Sequence record: NZ_CP033968.1
Origin: a plasmid
Length of the DNA: 64,000 bases
Reading direction: 5' to 3' (one strand)
Of this stretch, positions 46,484 to 56,095 are shown piece by piece. Each line of letters starts with the position of its first letter. Within the stretch, counting starts at the first letter, position 1. The notes under the pieces are model-generated. The model made no database searches and had not been told where the DNA came from. It worked only from the letters and a program-made list of their open reading frames with translations. Both the position numbers and the translations under genes were made by a program.

Positions 46484-46503
46484 GCGGATGCCTTCCTTGC
46501 ACC

Positions 46504-48078
46504 ATGCGCCAAGTTACCCAAGCTGATTTTCTTGCCCGCGCGCTCGAGGTGCACGGTGACCGCTACGACTACAGTCGTGCCATCTACAGTGGTTCAAATT
46601 CCAAACTCACCATCGTCTGCCGCACTCACGGGCCTTTTGAACAAACGCCCAGCAATCACTACAAGGGAAAGGGCTGTCGAGCTTGCGCCGGCGTCCAACC
46701 GTACACACTGCAGTCATTCGTTGACCGAGCGCGATCGCTCCATGGCGATCGGTATGGCTACGCCGAAGCCTTGCTGGTCAACGCACTGACCCCGCTCACA
46801 ATACGCTGCTCGGTACATGGGCTGTTCGAGCAAACGCCGCGTAGACACCTGTCCGGCGGCGGTTGCCCAAAATGTGCGATCACGCTTGGCGCAGATCGCC
46901 AGCGCGGTACGGCCGATAGCTTCATTGCCAAAGCCCATTCGGTGCATGGGGATCGATACGACTACAGCCGCGTCGCATATGCCGCGACGCACACGAAGGT
47001 TGTAATTGTCTGTCCCGAGCACGGGCCTTTTGAGCAAACCCCTGCGGCCCATCAGCGCGGCGCGGGCTGCCCAGCGTGCGCGGGCGTGGCTCGATTGGAC
47101 ACGAGTTCATTTGTCGCCCGCGCACGCGCAATCCATGGGCAGCGATTCGGATACGAGCGCACGGTGTATAGCAGTACGGCCAGCAAGCTCGTCGTGACCT
47201 GTCCGGAACACGGCGACTTTGAGATCCACCCGAGCGTGCACCTACGAGCAAATGGAGGTGGCGGCTGTCGATCGTGTATGGCCGAGCGTTTGTCTACGCG
47301 ATTCAGCAGAGGGACGGCTGGCTTCGTCGCCGACGCCCGCAAGGCGCACGGCGACAAGTACGACTACAGCGCAGTAGAGTATGTGAACAAGGAGCTCGAG
47401 GTTGTCATCGCTTGCCCGGTCCATGGTGAATTCCGCCAGCGGGCCGGCGTGCACATCACGGGCGGCGAGTGCCCGGCGTGCAGCTACGCCAAGCGCGGCG
47501 ATAAGCAGCGAATGAGCGAGGGCGAGTTTCTGGGGCGGGCGCGAGCCGCGCACGGTGACAGATACGACTACGGCCTCCTGAGCTACGCTGGCATGCACGA
47601 CTACGTGACGATCGTGTGCCCGGAACACGGCCCTTTTGAGCAAGTCGCAAACAGCCATATGCGGGGATGTGGGTGTCCAAGCTGCGCCGAACACGGGTTT
47701 GACCCCGACCAACCAGCCACGGTCTATGTCCTTGTCGTCATTGGTGACGAGGGTGGCTTTACCGGGTATGGCATCACGCGGGATCTGGACACCAGGCTGC
47801 GTGCACATCGGAAAAATCTGTCCGACGCCGGTTGGACTATCGCCAGGCTACATTTCGCAGAATTTGCGCATGGCCGAGACGCCCTCGACGTGGAGGCGTT
47901 GATCAAAGAGACCTTCGAGCTGACTGCTCAGGAGATCGATGGCTTTCGCACTGAGGCGACCCATCCGTGCAACTATGAGAAGATCATTCGGATCGTCGAC
48001 GAGCGTAAGCGGAAATGCAAAGGCGGAACATCAGTTGGACAAACTCAAATACAAGATCAAGGCGGCCAAAATCGCTAA
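46504..48078 (+). CDS. protein with six tandem ~50-aa zinc-ribbon modules and a C-terminal T5orf172/GIY-YIG-like domain
   Basis: The module HGDRYDYS..V.Y......KV.IVCPEHGPFEQTP..H..G.GCP.CA is repeated six times. The tail VYVLVVIGDEGGFTGYGITRDLDTRLRAHRK fits the T5orf172 pattern. Confidence 0.7.
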   Translation: MRQVTQADFLARALEVHGDRYDYSRAIYSGSNSKLTIVCRTHGPFEQTPSNHYKGKGCRACAGVQPYTLQSFVDRARSLHGDRYGYAEALLVNALTPLTIRCSVHGLFEQTPRRHLSGGGCPKCAITLGADRQRGTADSFIAKAHSVHGDRYDYSRVAYAATHTKVVIVCPEHGPFEQTPAAHQRGAGCPACAGVARLDTSSFVARARAIHGQRFGYERTVYSSTASKLVVTCPEHGDFEIHPSVHLRANGGGGCRSCMAERLSTRFSRGTAGFVADARKAHGDKYDYSAVEYVNKELEVVIACPVHGEFRQRAGVHITGGECPACSYAKRGDKQRMSEGEFLGRARAAHGDRYDYGLLSYAGMHDYVTIVCPEHGPFEQVANSHMRGCGCPSCAEHGFDPDQPATVYVLVVIGDEGGFTGYGITRDLDTRLRAHRKNLSDAGWTIARLHFAEFAHGRDALDVEALIKETFELTAQEIDGFRTEATHPCNYEKIIRIVDERKRKCKGGTSVGQTQIQDQGGQNR

Positions 48079-48198
48079 GCGTCTGAAGAAGGCGCAACGC
48101 GATTTGAAGCGCGGCGACAAACGCGCTCAAGAGCGCATAGCACACCATGAACAACAGCAGGTACTTCACAAGCTGACGGACCGATAGGGAAAGCAAAC

Positions 48199-48531
48199 AT
48201 GAGCAACTTCGCAGAAGCAGCTGCCGTAGACGCGATGGCAGACAAGATCGCCCAACTGGAAAGCCAGGTTGCGCATCTGCAATTGCAGTTGGAGAACGAG
48301 CGCGCGGCGACGCTCGGCGCAATGCTCGGCCCGTTGCGAGCGAGGGAGATCGTTCTGCTCAACATTGGCAGCGACAATTCATCGAAGCTGGTCGAGCGTC
48401 TGTCGCAAGACTTCGGGCCGCATGTCGACGAGGTGGTCCGCCACTTGTTTGATTTGAACCACGCTCCCTGTTCGGATCAGAAACGTGAGGAATTCCGGAC
48501 GCTTTTCAACAAAGGCATGACGAAGTTCTGA
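48199..48531 (+). CDS. hypothetical protein (110 aa)
   Basis: GGGAAAG lies upstream. Confidence 0.5.
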   Translation: MSNFAEAAAVDAMADKIAQLESQVAHLQLQLENERAATLGAMLGPLRAREIVLLNIGSDNSSKLVERLSQDFGPHVDEVVRHLFDLNHAPCSDQKREEFRTLFNKGMTKF

Positions 48532-48560
48532 TCGAAGCATCGGAAACCAACGGGAACAGT

Positions 48561-49064
48561 ATGAGCACGCAAAACGACGTAGACGAACAGAAAATCGCGA
48601 GTGATGAGTTTGCCTACAAGGACGCCGCGGATCGCTGGATTGCGGGCTTCTCTTCGCGTCGCGACGCGATGCTCGCTGGCATCAATGTTGGCCTTCATTC
48701 CGTCGTTACTGCTGAGGTATCGCCTCAATGTCCTTCGTACTTCGCTCGGTTCGAGGCACGACACGTCCTTCGCCAGATGATTGACGGTCTAGCGTACGGA
48801 GAGCAGCACGGTAAATTGGTGTCGTCGGAAGAGGCTCGGGTGATCTTGAGCCCGATCGCTGACGCGAGTTTGGCAGACGGACTCGAAGGTGGGCAGTCCA
48901 GCCCCGAGTGGCTGAAGCAGCTGGATTTGATGAATCGCCTTGAGCAATGCGTTGCAGATTGGGTTGCCGCAACCAACCCGACCATGCCGCATCCCAAGTT
49001 CATTCGCTACGGTTCTGAGCAGGTGCATGTGGCCGGCGGGAACTTGGGCATCCCTTTCCTCTAA
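48561..49064 (+). CDS. hypothetical protein (167 aa)
   Basis: ORF with an RBS-like GGGAAC upstream. Confidence 0.5.
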   Translation: MSTQNDVDEQKIASDEFAYKDAADRWIAGFSSRRDAMLAGINVGLHSVVTAEVSPQCPSYFARFEARHVLRQMIDGLAYGEQHGKLVSSEEARVILSPIADASLADGLEGGQSSPEWLKQLDLMNRLEQCVADWVAATNPTMPHPKFIRYGSEQVHVAGGNLGIPFL

Positions 49065-49128
49065 GTAAAGCACCGAGCGAGAGCTACGCCCCGCACCGGC
49101 CGGATGCCGGCGTTTGCCAGGGGATCAT

Positions 49129-49677
49129 ATGTCGGGAATCTGGCGCAAGATGCGCAACGTGGTGATGCGCGGCTTCGGGTACGTGCCCAACGAGAAGGCC
49201 GTGCGAGCCGAGGAGCTTTTTGTTGACGGGGTCGTGAAGTATCTGGAACTGATGGGCAGTGCGCTAGATCTGGCTTGGCGGCGCATTCCTATCGATTCCG
49301 CCACGCCCTTGGTGGGCTACGTCTACGGGCTGTGCAAGGCACTAGCGATAGCTGCTGAGGAGAAAGACCCGGAAGTGTTCTTCTATGGCGCGTGGCGTGT
49401 GTTGTACCGCGCCTATCCAGGTCGTAAGGACTTCGAGGCGATCTTGCAGCGTTGCGAATTCGATGCGCCGGCCTTTGTTGAGGGTCGGGACTTTGGCTTT
49501 GCAGACGCAGCACTCATTCTCACAGGCAGCAGCCCGGTTTCAAGATTTACCGCCTTGCTGGCTCGCCACTGTCCGCAGTGTATCGGCAACGAGCTTATTC
49601 TGGAGAGGGCGCTAGAGGCCGAGAGCCCCGGCACCCTGCGGGCGGCTGGGCCGGAGGCGCCAGGACGACGGCAATAG
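49129..49677 (+). CDS. hypothetical protein (182 aa)
   Basis: CAGGGGA lies upstream of the internal ATG. Confidence 0.5.
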   Translation: MSGIWRKMRNVVMRGFGYVPNEKAVRAEELFVDGVVKYLELMGSALDLAWRRIPIDSATPLVGYVYGLCKALAIAAEEKDPEVFFYGAWRVLYRAYPGRKDFEAILQRCEFDAPAFVEGRDFGFADAALILTGSSPVSRFTALLARHCPQCIGNELILERALEAESPGTLRAAGPEAPGRRQ

Positions 49678-49688
49678 GGGAGCCCTCT

Positions 49689-50237
49689 TCACTGGCGCGG
49701 TTCGCCGCTCACGACCGAAGGTCTTCCGCCGCGTTTCCCGAAGTACGAATTGACCCGCGCCTGTTGGTCCTCTACCAGCAAAGCATTGGCTGGATTTTGC
49801 GCGAACTGGATCATCCACTCTTCGTCTACGCGCTTGACTCTGCTCTTGTCTATTGCGCGAGCGACAAGGTAGTACCTGTACGCAGGTCCAGCGAGTTCCA
49901 ATCCGACCGCGCGTCGTGCCATTAGCCATGCGCTCTTGGCCGCCGGCGCGTGCGTTGCTGGATTGCCCAGACGATAGTTCTTCATCCGTTTGCGCCAGCG
50001 CCTATGTATCGTGATATCCGCGAGTTCCCTTCCGCGCCAGTGCACAAAGCCCTCGACCGAACCTGTCCACTTGCCGTTCTCCCAGGTCACCCGATGGGGC
50101 TTGCGAATTTCGTCGGCGGTCGGTTCGGCCCGTTGGAGTTCATACGGTCCGTTGTGGACCGGCTCCTCCTTCATCGGCATCCAAACCCCGACCACAAACG
50201 GAGATTTCTTCTTCTTGTCGACTGCGTTCTCTTCCAT
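49689..50237 (-). CDS. hypothetical protein (182 aa)
   Basis: AGGAA lies 4 nt upstream. Confidence 0.55.
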   Translation of the reverse strand: MEENAVDKKKKSPFVVGVWMPMKEEPVHNGPYELQRAEPTADEIRKPHRVTWENGKWTGSVEGFVHWRGRELADITIHRRWRKRMKNYRLGNPATHAPAAKSAWLMARRAVGLELAGPAYRYYLVARAIDKSRVKRVDEEWMIQFAQNPANALLVEDQQARVNSYFGKRGGRPSVVSGEPRQ

Positions 50238-50457
50238 TGTTCATTCCTGCACGGTGTGCCGTTATCGTTCCTTGGTCAATCTACGGGCGATCGTGAATCT
50301 CGGCAAGTGGCGAATGGGACACTATTCACTCAATGAAATTTTTCTAGCTAAAACATACATTTCGACGAGGGTATTTGCGCGCGGAATGATGTTTTTTGTG
50401 TGAGGCACGTATTCGGTCGGAAGGTGCGCGGAGACGAATCGAGTCCAGATAACGGTT

Positions 50458-51192
50458 CTACTCAGAATCCGCGGCCTCGGCGCGGCCTTCCGCCCATGCC
50501 TGCAACAGGATAGGCTCGTCGGCAAACATGATGGGGGGCTCATCCAGGCCTGCGTGGTAGTCACGTCTACCGACGGCCTCAGCTGCTCTCTCGACGGCCT
50601 CCCTTTCACTGCGCCATTCCTCAGGGTAGGCAATGCGGGTGATGCGTGCCAGCGCGAGAGCAATCCGCTCGTCCAGCCCTCGCATGCGAGGGGCAGGTGG
50701 CTTCGGGCGGGATTTCGGCGCCGGCAACATTCCGAAATGGGCCTGAGAAATTGATACTCGCCGACGAAGGTGGGTCGCCTGAGCTCGAAGCCCCTTCGCG
50801 GTACTGAAGTTATCCCAGCCAGCCTCGATGGACGCTTCAGACGCGAGTTCACCGGCCTGGGTAAGCATTGCGGCCCATTGCTCGGGTGAGTCAAACTCGG
50901 TTAGCCAGCCATTCCCCTCATAGCATTGAAGGACCGCCTCGTCGCAGTTCAGGAGGAGGACGCGGCTCGGCGTGAACTGGCCGTCGTACTCTTCGTATTC
51001 GTCCGCTGACCTCGACTCGGCGTGATACCGCTGCCACGCTGATTCAGCGAGGGCCTTGCCATCCGTCATTGAAAGCGGATGACTGATCGGCACCTGCCGG
51101 CGGCCATCCATGTAGAAGTACGCGAGCCCTGGATGCTCGTCGTACATGTCTCGGCATACCTGGCCCTCTACAACAATGCTGGAGACCTGCAT
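50458..51192 (-). CDS. hypothetical acidic protein (244 aa)
   Basis: A long ORF with a weak RBS. Confidence 0.5.
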   Translation of the reverse strand: MQVSSIVVEGQVCRDMYDEHPGLAYFYMDGRRQVPISHPLSMTDGKALAESAWQRYHAESRSADEYEEYDGQFTPSRVLLLNCDEAVLQCYEGNGWLTEFDSPEQWAAMLTQAGELASEASIEAGWDNFSTAKGLRAQATHLRRRVSISQAHFGMLPAPKSRPKPPAPRMRGLDERIALALARITRIAYPEEWRSEREAVERAAEAVGRRDYHAGLDEPPIMFADEPILLQAWAEGRAEAADSE

Positions 51193-51257
51193 TTGTGCAC
51201 TCGTGTGGTGAATACCGCTGCCCTGAGAACTAACGCGCCTCGTTCATCTCTACTGCG

Positions 51258-52109
51258 CTAGCGGGCGGATAGCAGGACGCTGAGAGGGGCAAGGAGGCTC
51301 CTGCCGCCGGCGAACACGCCGACCATCTGTGCGGCGCCGAACAAGAACAGCAGGAGGCCAAACCCCTTGGCAAACCGGTGGCGGTTCCTAGCGTCGGGCC
51401 GCAATGGCTCGAAAGCGTTCAGAAATACGGACAGGACGATGGCAATCGTGGCCACCGCCAACATTCCCAGCCACGACAGCATCAGGCCGCGGCTCTTGCT
51501 CTGATCGGTTGCCGCCGGCGGTATGTTCATCTCCTCGAGGGGGGCGGCTGCCGGGGCTGGCTCTGGCGCGGAGGCGATCGGCGCAATCGGCGTCGGCATG
51601 GGCGGCGCCGGCGGGGATGAGATTGCTTTCACGGGGGAGGGCGTGCCCTTGACTTTGAACCGCGCTTCCTGCGGCGGGAAGCAGACGCCCACCCCGGCAC
51701 AGCCCTGATACCTGACTGTCATCTTGAAGCGATGGGGGGCTTGCTCTGCCACTGTCAGCCGCACCGTGGCGTCCCTGGAAAACACCTTCTGCTGACCAAG
51801 AACCCGATCCACCCTCACTTCTGCTGCTGGGAAAACAGGGTCGCTAAGGCCGCCAGGTGGGTCGGTCTCGATGCGGATCTTGTCCCGATAGAGGTGATAT
51901 CCGTCGGCGATCGAGAACCGGATCTCAATCTCGTGCCCGTGCTGCTGCACCGTCGGGCGGAATGCCTGGTCGGGGCTGAGGGTTTGCTCAACGGCCACGC
52001 CGGAAGAGGCAATGGCCATCGCGATGGGATCGTCGGTAGGCGATGCGAGTGCGATCGCCGGAACTGCGGCTATGACTGCCGCGGAAACTAGGGAAAATGC
52101 TGCCCACAT
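51258..52109 (-). CDS. DsbD N-terminal (nDsbD/DsbC-like) domain protein with a signal peptide and a C-terminal TM anchor
   Basis: YHLYRDKI and YQGCAGVGVCFPP are nDsbD signatures. The start is MWAAFSLVSAAVIAAVPAIALA, and the track ORF extends to 52247. Confidence 0.6.
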   Translation of the reverse strand: MWAAFSLVSAAVIAAVPAIALASPTDDPIAMAIASSGVAVEQTLSPDQAFRPTVQQHGHEIEIRFSIADGYHLYRDKIRIETDPPGGLSDPVFPAAEVRVDRVLGQQKVFSRDATVRLTVAEQAPHRFKMTVRYQGCAGVGVCFPPQEARFKVKGTPSPVKAISSPPAPPMPTPIAPIASAPEPAPAAAPLEEMNIPPAATDQSKSRGLMLSWLGMLAVATIAIVLSVFLNAFEPLRPDARNRHRFAKGFGLLLFLFGAAQMVGVFAGGRSLLAPLSVLLSAR

Positions 52110-52165
52110 GTTGAGTCTACTTGTCACACATAAAGTTGCCGGGCACGTGGGGCTCGCAGTACATC

Positions 52166-52570
52166 TCATCCGCGACTGCGCTGCGCCCCGCATTCGGGAC
52201 AACGCATCGATGAAGCTCTCTGGCTCGGAGTTTGACGCTTCAACCACCTTTCGAACGGGAGCATCGTGGCAGCTCCGACGGCCATGACATAGATCGTGAC
52301 CACACCGAGTGTCAAAGCGAAGGTCGTCAGGTCATGAAATAGGGTTCCTGGCTCAGGTATGGCGCTCGAGAACCACGCGCGCAATGGAATGAGCCATGGT
52401 TCGTACATTGCCAAAGCCGAGAAGAACAGGAAGATCACCCCGAGCAGTATCGTTAGCACATGCGTAGCTGCATCACCGTTACCCATGCTTCGATGCTCGA
52501 CATAGACACTGCGAGCAAGGATGCATACTCCGGTGATCAAACAAATGCCCGCCCAAATCCAATCCAACAT
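52166..52570 (-). CDS. membrane protein (134 aa) with a C-terminal CPEC motif
   Basis: AAGGACAGGA lies upstream of the internal ATG (MLDWIWAGICLIT). Confidence 0.5.
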   Translation of the reverse strand: MLDWIWAGICLITGVCILARSVYVEHRSMGNGDAATHVLTILLGVIFLFFSALAMYEPWLIPLRAWFSSAIPEPGTLFHDLTTFALTLGVVTIYVMAVGAATMLPFERWLKRQTPSQRASSMRCPECGAQRSRG

Positions 52571-52708
52571 GGTCCTGTCCTTCATTTGGGCCCCTGCGCG
52601 GAGCGTTCTCGAAGCGCCGGCTGCCGGCCGACCGGTACGGCCCACTCTGCCGTTACGCGGCGGGTTGCCGCTCCCTTTCCAACTCACGAAATCTGTCGTG
52701 CACCGGCC

Positions 52709-52945
52709 TCAGAACGGCATCGGCGGCAGCAATGGGCTGGCCAAGGACAACAGCACGACCACAATCACCGCCGCAAATCCGGCACTCCATCGGCGTTGGG
52801 TAATCATCATTGCCCCCGCAATGATGCACGCAGCGGCTGGCAACAGACCTTTGAGGAGGCCCAGCCAGTAGCCCAAGCCACAAAGACAAATTGCGAAAAC
52901 CAGTCCAGCCACGCCTGCCATCTTGGATCGATCAGCTGCTTCCAT
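52709..52945 (-). CDS. small membrane protein (78 aa)
   Basis: GGAGGGG lies upstream of the internal ATG. Confidence 0.45.
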   Translation of the reverse strand: MEAADRSKMAGVAGLVFAICLCGLGYWLGLLKGLLPAAACIIAGAMMITQRRWSAGFAAVIVVVLLSLASPLLPPMPF

Positions 52946-53073
52946 TTTCCCCTCCGAAGGCGAGCGCAACGCACTCGGGTACTACCGGCTCCCGGCCGGT
53001 GCGGTGTGCTCCAATACAGGCACAGCGAATACAATACGCGTATTGTTACCTGTTATTGTAAATTTCGTCAAGT

Positions 53074-53358
53074 TCATGTCATCCCGGCGGCTTGCCGTTC
53101 GCATGCTTGAGGCGCTCTCGCCTCCGCGTCGGCGTTGAACTTCTGATCGAGCTCGCGCCGAGACTCTTCGCTGAGTACTCCATCGTCAAACAGCAAGGTG
53201 CACGGCTCCACCTTGGTTCGGAGGCCCCTCCACGCCCTCCGAACGAATGGCACCCAATCCTTGGCAGCCGCTTTGCTCGGATAGGCATTTCCAATGCGCG
53301 TCCATCCCGAGGCAGGATGCAAGATCATCGTGAAATACACAGTCTTTGTCGTTCGCAT
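53074..53358 (-). CDS. hypothetical protein (94 aa)
   Basis: GAGGA lies 8 nt upstream. Confidence 0.45.
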   Translation of the reverse strand: MRTTKTVYFTMILHPASGWTRIGNAYPSKAAAKDWVPFVRRAWRGLRTKVEPCTLLFDDGVLSEESRRELDQKFNADAEARAPQACERQAAGMT

Positions 53359-53384
53359 GGGTACCGTCCTCGCCCAGGGGCAGC

Positions 53385-53681
53385 CTAGGGCGTTGGTGGA
53401 TTCTTGGCCTTCATGACGGCCATGTGCGCAGCGACTGCTTCATCCTTGAGAACGATCACGATCGGGCCCTCTCGGAAGTCGCCACTCATGGTCCCGTGCA
53501 GGGCGTCCTGTTCGTCCTCGGTGAGATTGCGCCATTTCGCAATCCAGTCGACTTTCCCGAAGAGCAACCCGGACGGCCCGGTGGCACATGACTGCCCCAC
53601 TGATATACCGTTCTCGCGGCACCATGCGCGGGCCGCTTCTAGCGCGCCCCATGTGCCTTGCTGGCAGAATTCGATTTGCAT
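53385..53681 (-). CDS. hypothetical protein (98 aa)
   Basis: ORF only. Confidence 0.45.
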   Translation of the reverse strand: MQIEFCQQGTWGALEAARAWCRENGISVGQSCATGPSGLLFGKVDWIAKWRNLTEDEQDALHGTMSGDFREGPIVIVLKDEAVAAHMAVMKAKNPPTP

Positions 53682-53742
53682 GTGACTTGATCAATCCGAA
53701 AGAGATTCACACTTCCAACGTCTGCGCGACATAGCAACGATC

Positions 53743-54021
53743 TCAGTCGCCAAGGCTCTCGATGCAATAGGGGCGATTCTCATTGCCCGGGAGATTCCAG
53801 TCCCACGCTGAAACCTTGGCGCTGCAACCAGCAACAGGACATTCCAAAGGAGAAAGGTCGCGCGCACGGTCTATGGGCTCTGCCTGGATCGAGAGGCTCA
53901 ACGGCTGGCCATGTACTGGGCACAATCCACGTTCCAGTCTCCACAAGCGTTGTAGGTCAACGGGTAGTCGCCGCTTGCTCCGCGCATCAGCCGCCAGGAA
54001 CGACGAGAAATCCCCGGTCAT
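53743..54021 (-). CDS. hypothetical Cys-containing protein (92 aa)
   Basis: ORF only. Confidence 0.4.
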   Translation of the reverse strand: MTGDFSSFLAADARSKRRLPVDLQRLWRLERGLCPVHGQPLSLSIQAEPIDRARDLSPLECPVAGCSAKVSAWDWNLPGNENRPYCIESLGD

Positions 54022-54206
54022 TTACTTGCCTTCGCTTCCAAGAACAACGCGGCATCGGAAAAGGCTCTTGCAGCCGCCCCAACAGAGTTCGCATAGCGGT
54101 CAAACCCCAACTCGCGTAACTTGGCTGCTTTCTCTTCGGCGTCATACGCTTGGCGCCACAGGCCTTTAGTGAGCCGGGATACCGATGGTTTCTTACGTTG
54201 TTTCAT
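54018..54206 (-). CDS. small basic protein (62 aa)
   Basis: GAGGGG lies upstream of the internal ATG (MKQRKKPSV). Confidence 0.4.
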   Translation of the reverse strand: MKQRKKPSVSRLTKGLWRQAYDAEEKAAKLRELGFDRYANSVGAAARAFSDAALFLEAKASK

Positions 54207-54280
54207 GTCGCCCCTCAGTCGTGTTTGGCGTTGGAATTCACGGAGATGGTTGTGCCCGCGACAACGCGTCAAAAGGTGGT

Positions 54281-55720
54281 TCAAGCGAACGGAGCGTCGA
54301 TCGGCATCTTCCTGAGCAACGTTGTGGTCAGCGAGAAATAACCCCCCTCCAGGCGCGGGGCGTAGTCACGCACCCATTGCGCTGCGAGAGGCGAGCGGAG
54401 CGCGGCCTCGACTCGATCAAGCACGCCAGGCTCACCGCACACGATGCTCAGGTTGTGGTTGATCGGCAGAATGCCGGGCGGGACGCGCACGGCCTTAGGC
54501 GACGTGGCGATCCGCGGCACGAGCAATGTCTCGCGGGACAGATCCATGCGGTGAAAGGTCTCCGGCGGTAGCCAGAAGGTACCCCGCCGGCCCCGTGCCG
54601 CCATCTTGTGCATATGGCGCTGCAAGTGCTCAATCAGGCGATTGCACGGCGTCACACCAGGCGCCGTCCTGATGGCGAATCGCCGCGGCGTGCAAAGGCG
54701 GCCGTCGACAATGTCATCGGTGTCGACCGCTGGCACCAGGTACTCGCCCGGCAGCGTCGCGGCCGTTTCTTTGTCCACCACAAAGATCCCGGAAGAGCCG
54801 AGCCATGGTGCGATGCGTACCTGGGCGAACTGTTCCAGCGTTGGAAGGCCTTCATAACGGCTTTCGTCGACGCCTGGATAGATTGGCCGCTCCGTAAGCA
54901 CGCGAAAATCGTGCGAACGCTGCGGAGGCTCGGCCGTCGCCTTCAGCACGACAGACACAGGGTGAACCCGCGGGGGCGTGCCCGAGCGACGGTTCTTCGG
55001 GCGATAGAACACCGAGCTTGAATCCAACCGTTCAAGGTGGGAAATGGCAAGCCGGGTCCCTAAGGTCGCGCGAAGTTCCGCGGCCCCGGCATTCAGGAGC
55101 CAACGATCGGCAGTTACAAACCCGATCTGACCATCCGGATGAATGGCACGACTGCAACGCTCCAGGAAGCTATGCAGAAGATCTTTCGCAGCGAAATCCG
55201 GGACATGGCCGGAATAGAGGTCCTGCAGAACGGGCGGGACGTTGACCCAGCGCAGGTAGGGCGGATTGCCGGCGACAACGTGATAGACGGCCGTTTGCGG
55301 CCCGTCAGTCAGGAAATCCCGGTTATGGACCATCGACTCGGCCACTTTGGTGGCAGTCGCGTGGTCATAGCCATGTCGGCACAGCGTAGCTGCGACACGT
55401 GCACGCGCCTCGATGCACGCGCCTGCGTGCACCTCCCAGCCCTCGACTTGCGCCAGCAGACTGGCGCTTGTTAGGCGCGAGTGCTTGCTGGCTGCAAGGA
55501 GCTTTCCAAGGGCACGCTCAAGGAACATGCCGTCACCGCAGCTCGGGTCGACCAGCCGGCGCCCATCCCGAGGCCAGTCAAGCCGCCCAAGGAGTTGGTC
55601 CACCACCGGCCCCGCGGTATAGATCGCCGTCGCCTGGTGCAGTCGCTCAACCGCTTCTGCTCGAGCCTGATCAATTTGGCTGTGCTGTGACTGCCGATAC
55701 TCAGTGATTTCGGTCTGCAT
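54281..55720 (-). CDS. N6-adenine DNA methyltransferase (gamma-class; N-terminal catalytic domain followed by a long TRD-like region)
   Basis: Motif I is DPSCGDGMFL and motif IV is GNPPY. The start is the internal ATG (MQTEITEY) with GGGAAA upstream; the track begins at a GTG at 55849. Confidence 0.8.
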   Translation of the reverse strand: MQTEITEYRQSQHSQIDQARAEAVERLHQATAIYTAGPVVDQLLGRLDWPRDGRRLVDPSCGDGMFLERALGKLLAASKHSRLTSASLLAQVEGWEVHAGACIEARARVAATLCRHGYDHATATKVAESMVHNRDFLTDGPQTAVYHVVAGNPPYLRWVNVPPVLQDLYSGHVPDFAAKDLLHSFLERCSRAIHPDGQIGFVTADRWLLNAGAAELRATLGTRLAISHLERLDSSSVFYRPKNRRSGTPPRVHPVSVVLKATAEPPQRSHDFRVLTERPIYPGVDESRYEGLPTLEQFAQVRIAPWLGSSGIFVVDKETAATLPGEYLVPAVDTDDIVDGRLCTPRRFAIRTAPGVTPCNRLIEHLQRHMHKMAARGRRGTFWLPPETFHRMDLSRETLLVPRIATSPKAVRVPPGILPINHNLSIVCGEPGVLDRVEAALRSPLAAQWVRDYAPRLEGGYFSLTTTLLRKMPIDAPFA

Positions 55721-56095
55721 TGTGTTTCCCGGAGGGCCGGGCGGATCTCCCGCCCGGTGCATTCCTGTTGCGTTAGGAAGCCTTATCGGCATCGGCGAAT
55801 GGCTCCGGCACGGCTTCATAGCGGTGCGCTTGACCTCGGAGTGCGGCACCTTGGTTCCCGCAGCTCACGAGTGTCTGTGCCAAGTTTGGGTCTAGGACGT
55901 CGTCACGAACCAACACGCGCTCGCCATTCGCTTCGATAAGCCAGATTTCGTACACGTAGTGCGCCCCCTCTCTCTATGCAGAGCTCTGGCAAGGACAAAA
56001 CGATCAGCCGACAGGCCGGTGGATGTCTGCCGCTCTCACTCTGGCGACGATTTTGCGTATGATATAGTATAGATACGTGTTACGTATCGAAGCGT

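Noticed and set aside
54018-55849. A restriction-modification system around the gamma-class methyltransferase
   Set aside because: Only 60-100-aa hypothetical ORFs lie downstream. No endonuclease, specificity or helicase subunit is recognisable, so I treat it as an orphan methyltransferase.
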